From a virus (lineage: Duplodnaviria; Heunggongvirae; Uroviricota; Caudoviricetes): a DNA stretch of 64,000 bases. Below the pieces are notes generated by a model that worked only from the letters and a program-made list of their open reading frames with translations, made no database searches and was not told the DNA's origin. The position numbers and the translations under genes are program-made. Every line of letters starts with the position of its first letter. The first letter of the stretch is position 1. This document shows, in pieces, positions 48,804-57,616 of the stretch. The stretch is from positions 55,706 to 119,705 of the IMG/VR virus record IMGVR_UViG_3300008122_000001. One strand, given 5' to 3'.

Positions 48804-49550
48804 ATGTTTCTTGTACCTATTCCTAGAGCTATAGCTAAAGAACGTGGATTAAAACATTACGATTCAACATCATTTTGTAAATTTGGAAATATCAGTAAAC
48901 GCCTTGTAAGTAATTTTAACTGTCTTTGTAATTCTTGCAAAAAAGAAAAGTATAATAAAGTAAAGGATTATAAAAAAACTCCCAAAGCTAAAGAACTTAG
49001 AAAAATAACTAATCAAAATTATTACAAAGAGAATAAAGAAATTATTCTTAGTAATAATAAAATATGGAGAGATGGAGTTGGATCTGAGATTAAAAAGTTA
49101 GCTGATAAAAGATGGGCTACAGAAAATAGAGACAAAGTTAATTTATCTCAAAGAAAACATTACCGTAATAATCTTCAAAAACAACGAGCTAGAAGAAGAC
49201 TTTGGAACATGAAGAATCGCCCTAAAAAAGCTATGTATACTTTTGAAAGACGACTTCTTACTTCATATGCATATCTTAAAAGTGAGTTAACTGACTTTGT
49301 ATTTGAACAATCACAAGAATTAGCCCAACAACGTGAAACACTTTTAGGTATTAAAATTCATGTTGATCATATGATACCTCTTAAAGCTAAAAATACTTGT
49401 GGATTACATGTTTGGAATAATTTTCAATGCTTACCTAGTGTGATGAATAGTAGTAAAGGTAATAAACTTATCTATACCAATCCTCATGAATGGTTATATG
49501 ATATTCCTAAATTCTTTAAAGTAGTATATCAACAGGAGATTGCTGCATGA
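48804..49550 (+). CDS. HNH (homing-type) endonuclease
   Basis: IHVDHMIPL...CGLHVWNNFQCLPSVMNSSKGNK; basic helical repeats upstream. Confidence 0.85.
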   Translation: MFLVPIPRAIAKERGLKHYDSTSFCKFGNISKRLVSNFNCLCNSCKKEKYNKVKDYKKTPKAKELRKITNQNYYKENKEIILSNNKIWRDGVGSEIKKLADKRWATENRDKVNLSQRKHYRNNLQKQRARRRLWNMKNRPKKAMYTFERRLLTSYAYLKSELTDFVFEQSQELAQQRETLLGIKIHVDHMIPLKAKNTCGLHVWNNFQCLPSVMNSSKGNKLIYTNPHEWLYDIPKFFKVVYQQEIAA

Positions 49551-49762
49551 AAATGATTAAGTTATTAGTACTATTAGATGGTACTATGGTTAAAGTTTCA
49601 TCTAAAATGGAAGTTGGTACTCTTATGAATACTCATAAAGGTGTCGATCAAATTTGTGGTGCTATTTATTCTGTATCATATGATATTTATAAAAAACGTC
49701 ATAATAAAGTTCTTAAAAAACTTTTTGTTGATAGTATTTATAACCCACAAATTAAATTTTAA
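49547..49762 (+). CDS. hypothetical protein
   Basis: AGGAG RBS. Confidence 0.7.
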   Translation: MKMIKLLVLLDGTMVKVSSKMEVGTLMNTHKGVDQICGAIYSVSYDIYKKRHNKVLKKLFVDSIYNPQIKF

Positions 49763-49814
49763 TAAATCAATAGGATTAAGTACTCCACATATTTGATCCT
49801 ATTCATTTGTTAAA
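49758..49814 (+). promoter_or_regulatory. variant early hairpin (long stem with a C-C mismatch)
   Basis: TTTAATAAAT-C-AATAGGATTAAGTA / TATTTGATCCTATT-C-ATTTGTTAAA, starting at a stop codon. Confidence 0.7.
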
Positions 49815-49840
49815 CTTTGTTAAACTGAGAGACTGTTATT

Positions 49841-50317
49841 GTGTCTAAATTAATCTTAACCGTTGGGATCTCGAATTGTGGTAAATCAGCTTGGACTGAA
49901 CAATTTATCAAAGAACATCCTAATACTGTTGAATTAAATCGTGATTATGTACGCTTTAATATTATTAATCCTAAAGCAAACGATTGGTCTGATTATTCTA
50001 TTAGTGAAACTAAAGAGAATCGTGTCAGTTGTATTCTTATGGAAAAATATAAAGAAGCTATTGAACAAGGTAAAGATGTAATTATCTCTGATACTAATTT
50101 ATCTTACTTTGGTCGTATTAAATGGTTAGAGATTGCAAGACAAAATGGACAAAAAGTTGAATTTGTAGTATTTCATAATAAATTTATTGATACATTTTAT
50201 GGAAACAGTTCTAACTTTATGTCCTTACCTGATTTTGTACTTACTAGTCAATACAAACGTTTTACTCAATTCCTAGATGAAGTTCCTGTTCCTGGAGTTA
50301 AGTATACCTTTATCTAG
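49841..50317 (+). CDS. P-loop kinase, polynucleotide kinase (T4 PseT kinase-domain type)
   Basis: LILTVGISNCGKS, ELNRDYVR, VIISDTNL. Confidence 0.8.
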   Translation: MSKLILTVGISNCGKSAWTEQFIKEHPNTVELNRDYVRFNIINPKANDWSDYSISETKENRVSCILMEKYKEAIEQGKDVIISDTNLSYFGRIKWLEIARQNGQKVEFVVFHNKFIDTFYGNSSNFMSLPDFVLTSQYKRFTQFLDEVPVPGVKYTFI

Positions 50318-50329
50318 AGGATAATTAAT

Positions 50330-50539
50330 ATGAATGTATTAAATTTAATATGCTACATTAATATACAAATAACGAAATGTCATAATCATGATATCAATCT
50401 TGATCGGTTTAAACCTATTCTTAAAGATATTAAGATAAAAGATTTAATTAATTTATTAGAACATGAGGGATACTTTGGATCTTTTCGTGTAACTAATAAA
50501 TCTCTTTATTATATCCATAAAGGAACAGTAAATGTTTAA
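50330..50539 (+). CDS. hypothetical protein
   Basis: GAGG RBS. Confidence 0.65.
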   Translation: MNVLNLICYINIQITKCHNHDINLDRFKPILKDIKIKDLINLLEHEGYFGSFRVTNKSLYYIHKGTVNV

Positions 50540-50720
50540 ACAAATATTTGAAACAATCTTCCCATTACATATGCTTATAGCTTTAGTAACATGTTTCTAT
50601 ATTAATATGTATATATTTAAATCAGAGCATATAGTACAAAGTGTTGTAGGTTCTTTTATTATTTATTTAATATTAACTTTCATTATGTTATATATTTATT
50701 TTAAATATATAAAAAGTTAA
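50532..50720 (+). CDS. small two-TM membrane protein
   Basis: two hydrophobic helices; AAGGA RBS. Confidence 0.65.
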   Translation: MFKQIFETIFPLHMLIALVTCFYINMYIFKSEHIVQSVVGSFIIYLILTFIMLYIYFKYIKS

Positions 50721-50766
50721 TAAATTTATATCATTCTTAAATTAGGATGATATATGTATATTAACT
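50715..50766 (+). promoter_or_regulatory. early hairpin element 13
   Basis: AGTTAATA/TATTAACT, AATT/TGTA, TATATCATTCT/AGGATGATATA. Confidence 0.85.
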
Positions 50767-50781
50767 AAAAGGAATATTATT

Positions 50782-50982
50782 GTGACTAATGCAATAATCT
50801 TAAATAGTATTAAAGCAATGCAACATGAAAAAGCTAAGAAAGAAACTAAAGAGATTATTAGTAAAATCTTATGCAATCGTACAACCATCACTATTAAAGA
50901 ACTACGTAATGTATTAGGTGAACAATTCATTAATAGTTGTATTTTTGAATTAAGACTACAACTGGATATATTACATGGTTAG
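50782..50982 (+). CDS. hypothetical protein (possible winged-helix)
   Basis: AAGGA RBS, GTG start. Confidence 0.65.
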   Translation: MTNAIILNSIKAMQHEKAKKETKEIISKILCNRTTITIKELRNVLGEQFINSCIFELRLQLDILHG

Positions 50983-50991
50983 GAGGTTAAT

Positions 50992-51354
50992 ATGCTTTTC
51001 CCTCAATTCTCATTATATATGTCTAAATCTTCTTACAATTACATAGACATCAATAATATACTATTCATTACAGTCAATCTTAAAGAGACTTGGAATATGA
51101 GTAGTATTAAAATAGCTACTCGTAATACTTGGTTAACTTTTAGAGATAAACTAAGTGAAGATCAAAAGATTATTTTGAGAGAAGCTATTAAAGAACTCCG
51201 TACTAAATTTTACTTAGAGTTGATGTGCAAGGATACAACGTGGCTTTCTACTTCAATAGTCTCCAACCTCCTCTCCTCTATCTCCTCTTCTATTTTAACC
51301 TTCCATAAGCGTCAATCTACACTAAGACACTTTATGAATTCTCTTTCTTCCTAA
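50992..51354 (+). CDS. hypothetical protein
   Basis: AGGAGG RBS. Confidence 0.7.
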   Translation: MLFPQFSLYMSKSSYNYIDINNILFITVNLKETWNMSSIKIATRNTWLTFRDKLSEDQKIILREAIKELRTKFYLELMCKDTTWLSTSIVSNLLSSISSSILTFHKRQSTLRHFMNSLSS

Positions 51355-51435
51355 TTCCACTACCGAAGCTCGTTCCTCGCCAAATGCTTTTAGGAATTTC
51401 TTCTATCAATTTATCAGTCTACAAGGACTTTACAA

Positions 51436-51705
51436 ATGTCTACTAATAAATCAATACCAGTTAACTTTCAAGCTTTGGTTTCAATAGAACCAATAGATGA
51501 ACGATCTACTAAATGTTTATTTCAAAACATTTTTAATGGTAAACAATTTACTATGACATTAGCTATTACTAAATCTCAAATTGAATCTTGGTATCATGGT
51601 AAACCTATCCAATATGCTATGAGCAATTTGTCTAAAGACGTACAAGAGATTTTTAAAACTGGATGTACTGATAAAGAATTTGGTAAGTTATTAGATTCAC
51701 TTTAA
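51436..51705 (+). CDS. hypothetical protein
   Basis: AAGGA RBS; IQYAMSNLSKDVQEIFKTG conserved-looking tail. Confidence 0.75.
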   Translation: MSTNKSIPVNFQALVSIEPIDERSTKCLFQNIFNGKQFTMTLAITKSQIESWYHGKPIQYAMSNLSKDVQEIFKTGCTDKEFGKLLDSL

Positions 51706-51745
51706 AGGATAAGATATACATAGTAGTGTATCTTTATATATTATT

Positions 51746-52012
51746 ATGAACATCTTAATTATAGGTTTAAGAAAAAAAGATATAGAAAGAATAAAGAATA
51801 AATTTAAAAACTTTAATCTTTCTTTTATCTTAAGTGAAAATATTACTAGTAAATCATTTAATAATATTGAAAAATTTAAACATATTATTAGTATGACTAA
51901 GTTCTCTTCTCACTTAACTGAATACAAATGTAATCAACATCCTGGTTACATCAGACTATTACCTACTCAAGGTATTAGTACTATCAACTCCACATTGGAC
52001 TCTTTAATATGA
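51746..52012 (+). CDS. hypothetical protein, DUF2325-like
   Basis: NILIIGL...IISMTKFSSH. Confidence 0.5.
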   Translation: MNILIIGLRKKDIERIKNKFKNFNLSFILSENITSKSFNNIEKFKHIISMTKFSSHLTEYKCNQHPGYIRLLPTQGISTINSTLDSLI

Positions 52013-52194
52013 ATAAAGATTACAATACTTTTAATTCTATATTAGATAATGCAGATCGTATTACTAATTATGATAGACATGTAGAAGATAAATGTTGGAC
52101 ACCTGAATGGTACTATTCATTAAATAGTCAATGGTATTCAATGATCTTTATCTTTTTCTTCTCTATCTTCCTATATCAAATATTTAAAGGATAA
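52009..52194 (+). CDS. small protein with C-terminal TM helix
   Basis: coupled ORF. Confidence 0.6.
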   Translation: MNKDYNTFNSILDNADRITNYDRHVEDKCWTPEWYYSLNSQWYSMIFIFFFSIFLYQIFKG

Positions 52195-52199
52195 CTATT

Positions 52200-52937
52200 A
52201 TGTCTAAGCACAATACTCCACAAATCCCTAGTCAAAAAGAAGCTCCTAAACAAGTTCCATATTTAGTTGCTAACCAAGGTATTCTTCAAAACATTGATTC
52301 AATACTTAATCAAATGAAACAACCAATGTACCAAAACTCTGAAGCACAAGCTAAATTTCGTTCAGACTTAAAAGTACAGTTAAAACAAGCTTTAGAATTA
52401 ACACAAAAGATGTTATTACTAAATCGTCAAGGTATGCCTAATGGCGTAAAAGCTGATGTAATTGGTTGGACTACTGCTGAAACAGATTATGATAATCCTC
52501 AGACAGTAGAAATCTTTCCTCATGCTGTATTAGTAAATAAGCTTCTAAAAGAACTTCTTAAAGAACAAGAAGAAGTTGCTATTGCAGAGGGTGTAGCTGT
52601 ATCTGAATCTCAAATCATTAATGCTCAAAATGATGCATTAGATGATAATAAAAGTCATATTAATTTAGAGTGTATTAAAGATCCTGAAACGGGTATTGCT
52701 TCTAAAGTAGAAATCTGTAAACAAACTGGTGATACTCAATTGTATCGTCAAGATGAAGAAACAGGTATGTGGCATAAAGTAGGTAATGTATTAAAAGGCT
52801 ATTGGAAAAATGTAAAAGATTTCTGTAAAAACATTTGGGGTTGGATTATGAAACAATATAATCGAGCTAAGAATTGGATTTGCAATATCTTTAAATCTCC
52901 AGAAGAATCTCAAATTATCTACAAACAAGCTGCTTAA
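52200..52937 (+). CDS. hypothetical protein
   Basis: 245 aa, AAGGA RBS; amphipathic Trp-rich C-terminal helix. Confidence 0.8.
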   Translation: MSKHNTPQIPSQKEAPKQVPYLVANQGILQNIDSILNQMKQPMYQNSEAQAKFRSDLKVQLKQALELTQKMLLLNRQGMPNGVKADVIGWTTAETDYDNPQTVEIFPHAVLVNKLLKELLKEQEEVAIAEGVAVSESQIINAQNDALDDNKSHINLECIKDPETGIASKVEICKQTGDTQLYRQDEETGMWHKVGNVLKGYWKNVKDFCKNIWGWIMKQYNRAKNWICNIFKSPEESQIIYKQAA

Positions 52938-52940
52938 TCT

Positions 52941-53144
52941 ATGACTATTAAAAAGTTTAAACAAGTAATTGTAATTAATGGTGACAATTTAAATGTTCAT
53001 TATGAATTCAATAACGAAAAGACATTAGCTTATACTATTACTGGTATCTATCTAGATAATGGTAGACAAATTATGAATAACTATATTGGATCTAGTTATC
53101 ATACTTTAAAAGCAATGATCTTTGATGTACCAAACGGATACTAA
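52941..53144 (+). CDS. hypothetical protein
   Basis: coupled ORF. Confidence 0.65.
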   Translation: MTIKKFKQVIVINGDNLNVHYEFNNEKTLAYTITGIYLDNGRQIMNNYIGSSYHTLKAMIFDVPNGY

Positions 53145-53199
53145 TATAATAGTGTATTAGTATTCTTCTTTAGTGTAATAATATATAAGGAAACTTATC

Positions 53200-53616
53200 A
53201 TGTCTACAACTACTCAAAATGTACAACAACCTGTAGCTCCTGTATACAACCCACAACAAACTCCTTTAGCTCATGCTCAAGAAGCTGTAACAGGTCTACA
53301 ATCATATGTAACAGCCCCTGTAGCTAATACTATGAACTATCCTAAACTTGCTGGTACAGTACTAGCTTCTTATGTAGCATTAGAAGTAATTAATCATGTA
53401 GTATTAGGTAGCTATGTAATGCCTTGGGTAGTATCTACTCTTGGTTTAGGTGCTACTGCTGCTGGTGCAATCTTCTATGGTGTCCTTGGTCTATCTGCTT
53501 TAGGTTTATCTTGGTTAGCTTATAAATTCTTCTTTAAGAAAACAGAAGTTAAACAAGTAAATCCTAATGTTACTTATGTACCTGTAGATCAACCTTCAGT
53601 ACAAACATCATCTTAA
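53200..53616 (+). CDS. membrane protein
   Basis: AAGGA RBS; 2-3 hydrophobic helices flanked by Gln/Pro-rich tails. Confidence 0.75.
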   Translation: MSTTTQNVQQPVAPVYNPQQTPLAHAQEAVTGLQSYVTAPVANTMNYPKLAGTVLASYVALEVINHVVLGSYVMPWVVSTLGLGATAAGAIFYGVLGLSALGLSWLAYKFFFKKTEVKQVNPNVTYVPVDQPSVQTSS

Positions 53617-53690
53617 TAAAAAGACAGTTCAATAGAGTATATTGTAAATACATATAATATACTCTTCTGTCCTATATAGGAGTATATAGT

Positions 53691-53915
53691 ATGTTACTAC
53701 ATGCCCAAACAAAAGATAAATGTAATATCCATTTAGATTTAAATGACATTCGTAGTATCGAATCTAAACAAGGTAATTATATTCGTATTCACTATCGTGA
53801 TGGTAATACTGTATCTTTAGCTTACAATAACACTTCATTTGATTTTAAAGTAGATTATATTGTAGATATACAAGAAATCAACCGAATTATCACTGAATTA
53901 GATAACCCAAAATAA
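53691..53915 (+). CDS. hypothetical protein
   Basis: AGGAG RBS. Confidence 0.7.
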   Translation: MLLHAQTKDKCNIHLDLNDIRSIESKQGNYIRIHYRDGNTVSLAYNNTSFDFKVDYIVDIQEINRIITELDNPK

Positions 53916-53924
53916 GGTAATATT

Positions 53925-54146
53925 ATGTGGTCTTGGAAAAATAAACCTCAAAATACTTTACAATCTCTTTTAAATGATCGTGAAGAACTTTTATTAGAAC
54001 AAATGGAAATTAAACATCAACTAAATCTTGTAGATGAAAAAATTGAATACTTTAATTCCCAAAACAAAGGTGAAGCTTCTTCTACATCTAGTGGTACTAG
54101 TAGTGTTGTTTCTGAGCCAACGAACAACGTGGCAATTGCTCATTAA
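53925..54146 (+). CDS. small coiled-coil protein
   Basis: AAGGT RBS; heptad Leu pattern. Confidence 0.65.
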   Translation: MWSWKNKPQNTLQSLLNDREELLLEQMEIKHQLNLVDEKIEYFNSQNKGEASSTSSGTSSVVSEPTNNVAIAH

Positions 54147-54828
54147 GAATAGTTGTTACTGATAGATACTATGTCACTTCGTTCCATAGTATCTATCTAT
54201 TCATTTCTTCCTCTTATCCCACACCGAACAACCTTCGGTTGCAAATGCTTTATGGAGTTAAAGCTTTAAACTCTAGATTGCTACTTCCTTTACTTTTAGG
54301 TCTTAAAATGTCCCCTAAGTTTTATGAAATTATTCATAGTCTATTATATTATATTGGTTTACCAACTATAGTAATATTAATATACATTACTACCTATCAT
54401 TCCTTTATTAGATAATTAATATCTATTTAAGAATGGTAAAGACTAGTTAGTCTAGTCCCCCGAATTAGTTCTTTTTAAGATATATAAAGACTAGTTCAAC
54501 TAATTAGTTCAACGTAGTCATACTAATTCGAGATACCTCAGAAAAAAGACAACTTTTTCATGGGGTAGATATTACTTTTAGTCTACTAATTAACTTTTAT
54601 CTTATCCTTATTTATACCTATTAATTACTAAGTCTTTGATTTATAAAGATTAAGTAATAATTAGAGATAATTTAAAGGTAAGAGTAATGTTTTTTACGGG
54701 GTAGATATTACTCTGAGTGGTTCTTTACAAATTCTTTGTTAACTTCGTCCATAATATTTTTATATAGATATTATAGAGAAGCTAATAAAAGCTTCATGTT
54801 TCATTATTAACAAACAAGGTAATCTATT

Positions 54829-56157
54829 ATGAACACTGAACTTCAACAACATATTGAGAAAATGTTAGCTATTCCAGTAGCTAATGTAGCAGTAGTAAAT
54901 GAACAATCTATTAATAAAGGTGTAGTATCTTTATTTGTAGCTGCTAATGCTTCTCGTTCTATCCTTTATCGTTACGCTACTATTAGTAGTAATGGTAATA
55001 TTAACTTCCATGCAATGTCTCCTTTTACTTTTATTGACGATAATCAATCAGCTCAATATCGTAAAAAAACAATTTATGCTTCTGTTAATCTTGATTCTCA
55101 ACAAGATAAAACAGATAAAAAAGTCCATTATAATAATAACTTAGGTAACTTCTTATTATTATTAAAACCTAATATTGTAAGTGGTGGTAAGCCTTATGCT
55201 AACCCATACAATAAATTAGATCTTCATTCTCCTATCATTAAGCAAGGTTTAATCCCTGCTAATATTGATAATGCACAATTAGATATTATTAACCAACCTG
55301 CTACTGAATTACAAGCAGTAGTTAATAGTATTAAGTTCGATGAAGATATTGAACCTAAAGAAAAATCTAATCTTTATATTCAAGCTTATAACGAATATAA
55401 AGCTAAAGTAGAACAATTATTCGCTGATGGTTTACTAGATTATTCTTTTATTCTTGTAAATCCTAAGCCTAACTCTGTATCTATTTCTATGGGGTTAGAA
55501 GAATCAATGAAAGCTACTTCTAATCCTTGGTTAAACATTAATACTGTTTTAGGTTTAGATATTCCTCTTTCTAAACTTCCAGTTATTAATAATTACACAG
55601 CTACAGTTCAAATTGTAGATGCTGATGATTTAAGTTTAATGTTTAGTGATAATAATAATATGTACGGTAAACGTACTATTTGGACTAATCAAGAAACTGG
55701 TAAATCTCGTGAAGCTTTATCTAAAGTAGCGATCATTAAAGATTACAATTCTGATACTCCAATCTTAATTGAAATCACTGATTCTATTAATATGTCTAAT
55801 AATCCTGATGCTCGTGGGCGTGTTCAGGCATTTGAAGATTTATTAGATAAAGGTATTAATACTTTTACTGTTTCTGGTTCATTATCGCCTGTTGTTCGAC
55901 TTAAAGAAAGTAATGGTGGGCGTAATGGTGTTGTGTTTCTTGAATTGATTATTGATACTTATTCTGTATATCAATCTAATAACACTCGATCTACTCTTGA
56001 ATCTGATGCGTTTGCTTCATTATCTTTTGATGCTGATGGTTTAACTGTTGAATTAGAAGAGGGATCTGTAGAAGTTCTTCCTAGTGATAGTAATACTGAT
56101 ACTTTAGATGTTACTTCTACTTTTAGTCCTAAGAAGAAAGGTGGCGATTTAATCTAA
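54829..56157 (+). CDS. hypothetical 442-aa protein with acidic tail
   Basis: AAGGT RBS; preceded by about 680 bp of non-coding DNA. Confidence 0.8.
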   Translation: MNTELQQHIEKMLAIPVANVAVVNEQSINKGVVSLFVAANASRSILYRYATISSNGNINFHAMSPFTFIDDNQSAQYRKKTIYASVNLDSQQDKTDKKVHYNNNLGNFLLLLKPNIVSGGKPYANPYNKLDLHSPIIKQGLIPANIDNAQLDIINQPATELQAVVNSIKFDEDIEPKEKSNLYIQAYNEYKAKVEQLFADGLLDYSFILVNPKPNSVSISMGLEESMKATSNPWLNINTVLGLDIPLSKLPVINNYTATVQIVDADDLSLMFSDNNNMYGKRTIWTNQETGKSREALSKVAIIKDYNSDTPILIEITDSINMSNNPDARGRVQAFEDLLDKGINTFTVSGSLSPVVRLKESNGGRNGVVFLELIIDTYSVYQSNNTRSTLESDAFASLSFDADGLTVELEEGSVEVLPSDSNTDTLDVTSTFSPKKKGGDLI

Positions 56158-56370
56158 TGATTATATAGTAATTCTTGTAAAAGGGTTACTATAATATAAG
56201 TATGTAACTGATCATTATTTGTACAATATATAAAATTATAATGTATGAATTTTGATCAGTTTTTAGTTTCTATTTTTTAGGTAAATATATAAGTTAGAAC
56301 TTTCCTAAGAAATTTTATATAAGTATTTAATTAACAAATAGAAATTTTTATTCTGTAAGGAGGATAAAAA

Positions 56371-56751
56371 ATGAGTACATTCACTCTTGTAGTATGTAGT
56401 TTTTTAACTACTGCTGAGATCTTTTTTATATTGTATAGTTTAAATCCCCATTGGCTTAAAGTTGCTTTAGGTTATAGTTGGGTATTAGATCTTACATTAG
56501 GTGTTGGTATTAGTTTGATAATGTTAAGTACTGGATCTGTTAGTGGATTAATTATGTCTGCTATTAGTGGTGCTGTATTATCTTTCTCATTAATTGCTAT
56601 GAAGAAACTCATTGGTTATCGTAAGTTTGAGAATGGTACTTGGTATCAATATGCTCCTAGTTTAACTAAAGATAATATTATTAAATTTAAAGATAAAGTT
56701 GTATTAAAAACTAAATCTTTAATTAACAGTTCTAAATTAAAAGTAGCTTAA
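56371..56751 (+). CDS. membrane protein
   Basis: AAGGAGG RBS; three hydrophobic helices. Confidence 0.75.
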   Translation: MSTFTLVVCSFLTTAEIFFILYSLNPHWLKVALGYSWVLDLTLGVGISLIMLSTGSVSGLIMSAISGAVLSFSLIAMKKLIGYRKFENGTWYQYAPSLTKDNIIKFKDKVVLKTKSLINSSKLKVA

Positions 56752-56784
56752 TATAGTTGCTTTTAATTAATGTGAGTAAAGATT

Positions 56785-56979
56785 ATGCAAATTTGGTATA
56801 CAATTAAGCATATAACTTTATTTGGTATTAAATATATTAAGTATGTATATTACGGTATTAAACAACGTATTAGTGCATTATTTAATTTACAATTAAGTTT
56901 GTTTGGATTCTTTAAATCCTTATTTAAAGTACCATTTGAAAGTTATCGCTTTACTAAAATGGAAATGGAATATGGATAA
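56785..56979 (+). CDS. hypothetical protein
   Basis: ORF in operon. Confidence 0.55.
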   Translation: MQIWYTIKHITLFGIKYIKYVYYGIKQRISALFNLQLSLFGFFKSLFKVPFESYRFTKMEMEYG

Positions 56980-57220
56980 AGTAGATTTAAAAGGACATAT
57001 TATTTTAGTTAATAATGAACAAGAATTAACTAAAGTTTTATTAATAGCACAATCTTATTATCCAAGTTCTAAATTAAATCTACATTCTAAATCTGATCAT
57101 ACTGTAGTTGTTATTAGTTTTTATGGTAATGTTTACTCTTTATCTAGAAGTTCATTAGAATATGTTAGAACATATGGCTATAAAGAAATCTTATTTAAAG
57201 ATTTTATTTTAAATTATTGA
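56972..57220 (+). CDS. small protein, member of the five-gene paralogue family
   Basis: IILVNNEQELTKVLLI...EILFKDFILNY; start ATG 56972. Confidence 0.65.
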   Translation: MDKVDLKGHIILVNNEQELTKVLLIAQSYYPSSKLNLHSKSDHTVVVISFYGNVYSLSRSSLEYVRTYGYKEILFKDFILNY

Positions 57221-57223
57221 GGT

Positions 57224-57433
57224 ATGTATATGGATACATTAATAGATATTAAAAAAGAATTACCAAGTTTAGATACAATTGAATCTAATAAATATATTTA
57301 TGGATTCATATTTTTACTTGGAATGGCTACTCAAGCTATTATTGGTTTTAAAGGTATCGTATTATTAGTTGGTTGTTATTTTATTATGAAATATTTTAGC
57401 AACAAGAAAGAAGTAGGTAAGGAAAAAACTTGA
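57224..57433 (+). CDS. small membrane protein
   Basis: GAGG RBS; hydrophobic hairpin. Confidence 0.65.
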   Translation: MYMDTLIDIKKELPSLDTIESNKYIYGFIFLLGMATQAIIGFKGIVLLVGCYFIMKYFSNKKEVGKEKT

Positions 57434-57615
57434 TGTCTCAAATTCATGCAATTCCACGTGCATTAAATAACTTAGTAACACTTAATATTATTATGGTGTC
57501 TACTGTTGGTTTATGTGCTGCTGTAGGTTTATATCTTCTTGCTGGTCCTGTAGCAATTGTTGTTACATCAGTATTCGCTGCTATTATCTCTTGGTTTATG
57601 TTTAAGAAAAAGTAA
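57430..57615 (+). CDS. small membrane protein
   Basis: two hydrophobic helices and a KKK tail. Confidence 0.65.
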   Translation: MMSQIHAIPRALNNLVTLNIIMVSTVGLCAAVGLYLLAGPVAIVVTSVFAAIISWFMFKKK

Positions 57616-57616
57616 T

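Noticed and set aside
38016-50766. Early hairpins as ordinary Rho-independent terminators or CRISPR-like repeats
   Set aside because: They lack a U-tract, have a conserved internal loop and lower stem, vary in primary sequence, and are separated by whole genes.
51357-51398. HDV-like ribozyme suggested by CGTTCCTCGC
   Set aside because: I could not build the nested P1/P2/P3 double pseudoknot or find a J4/2 CGAAU in the correct order; kept only as an unexplained motif.
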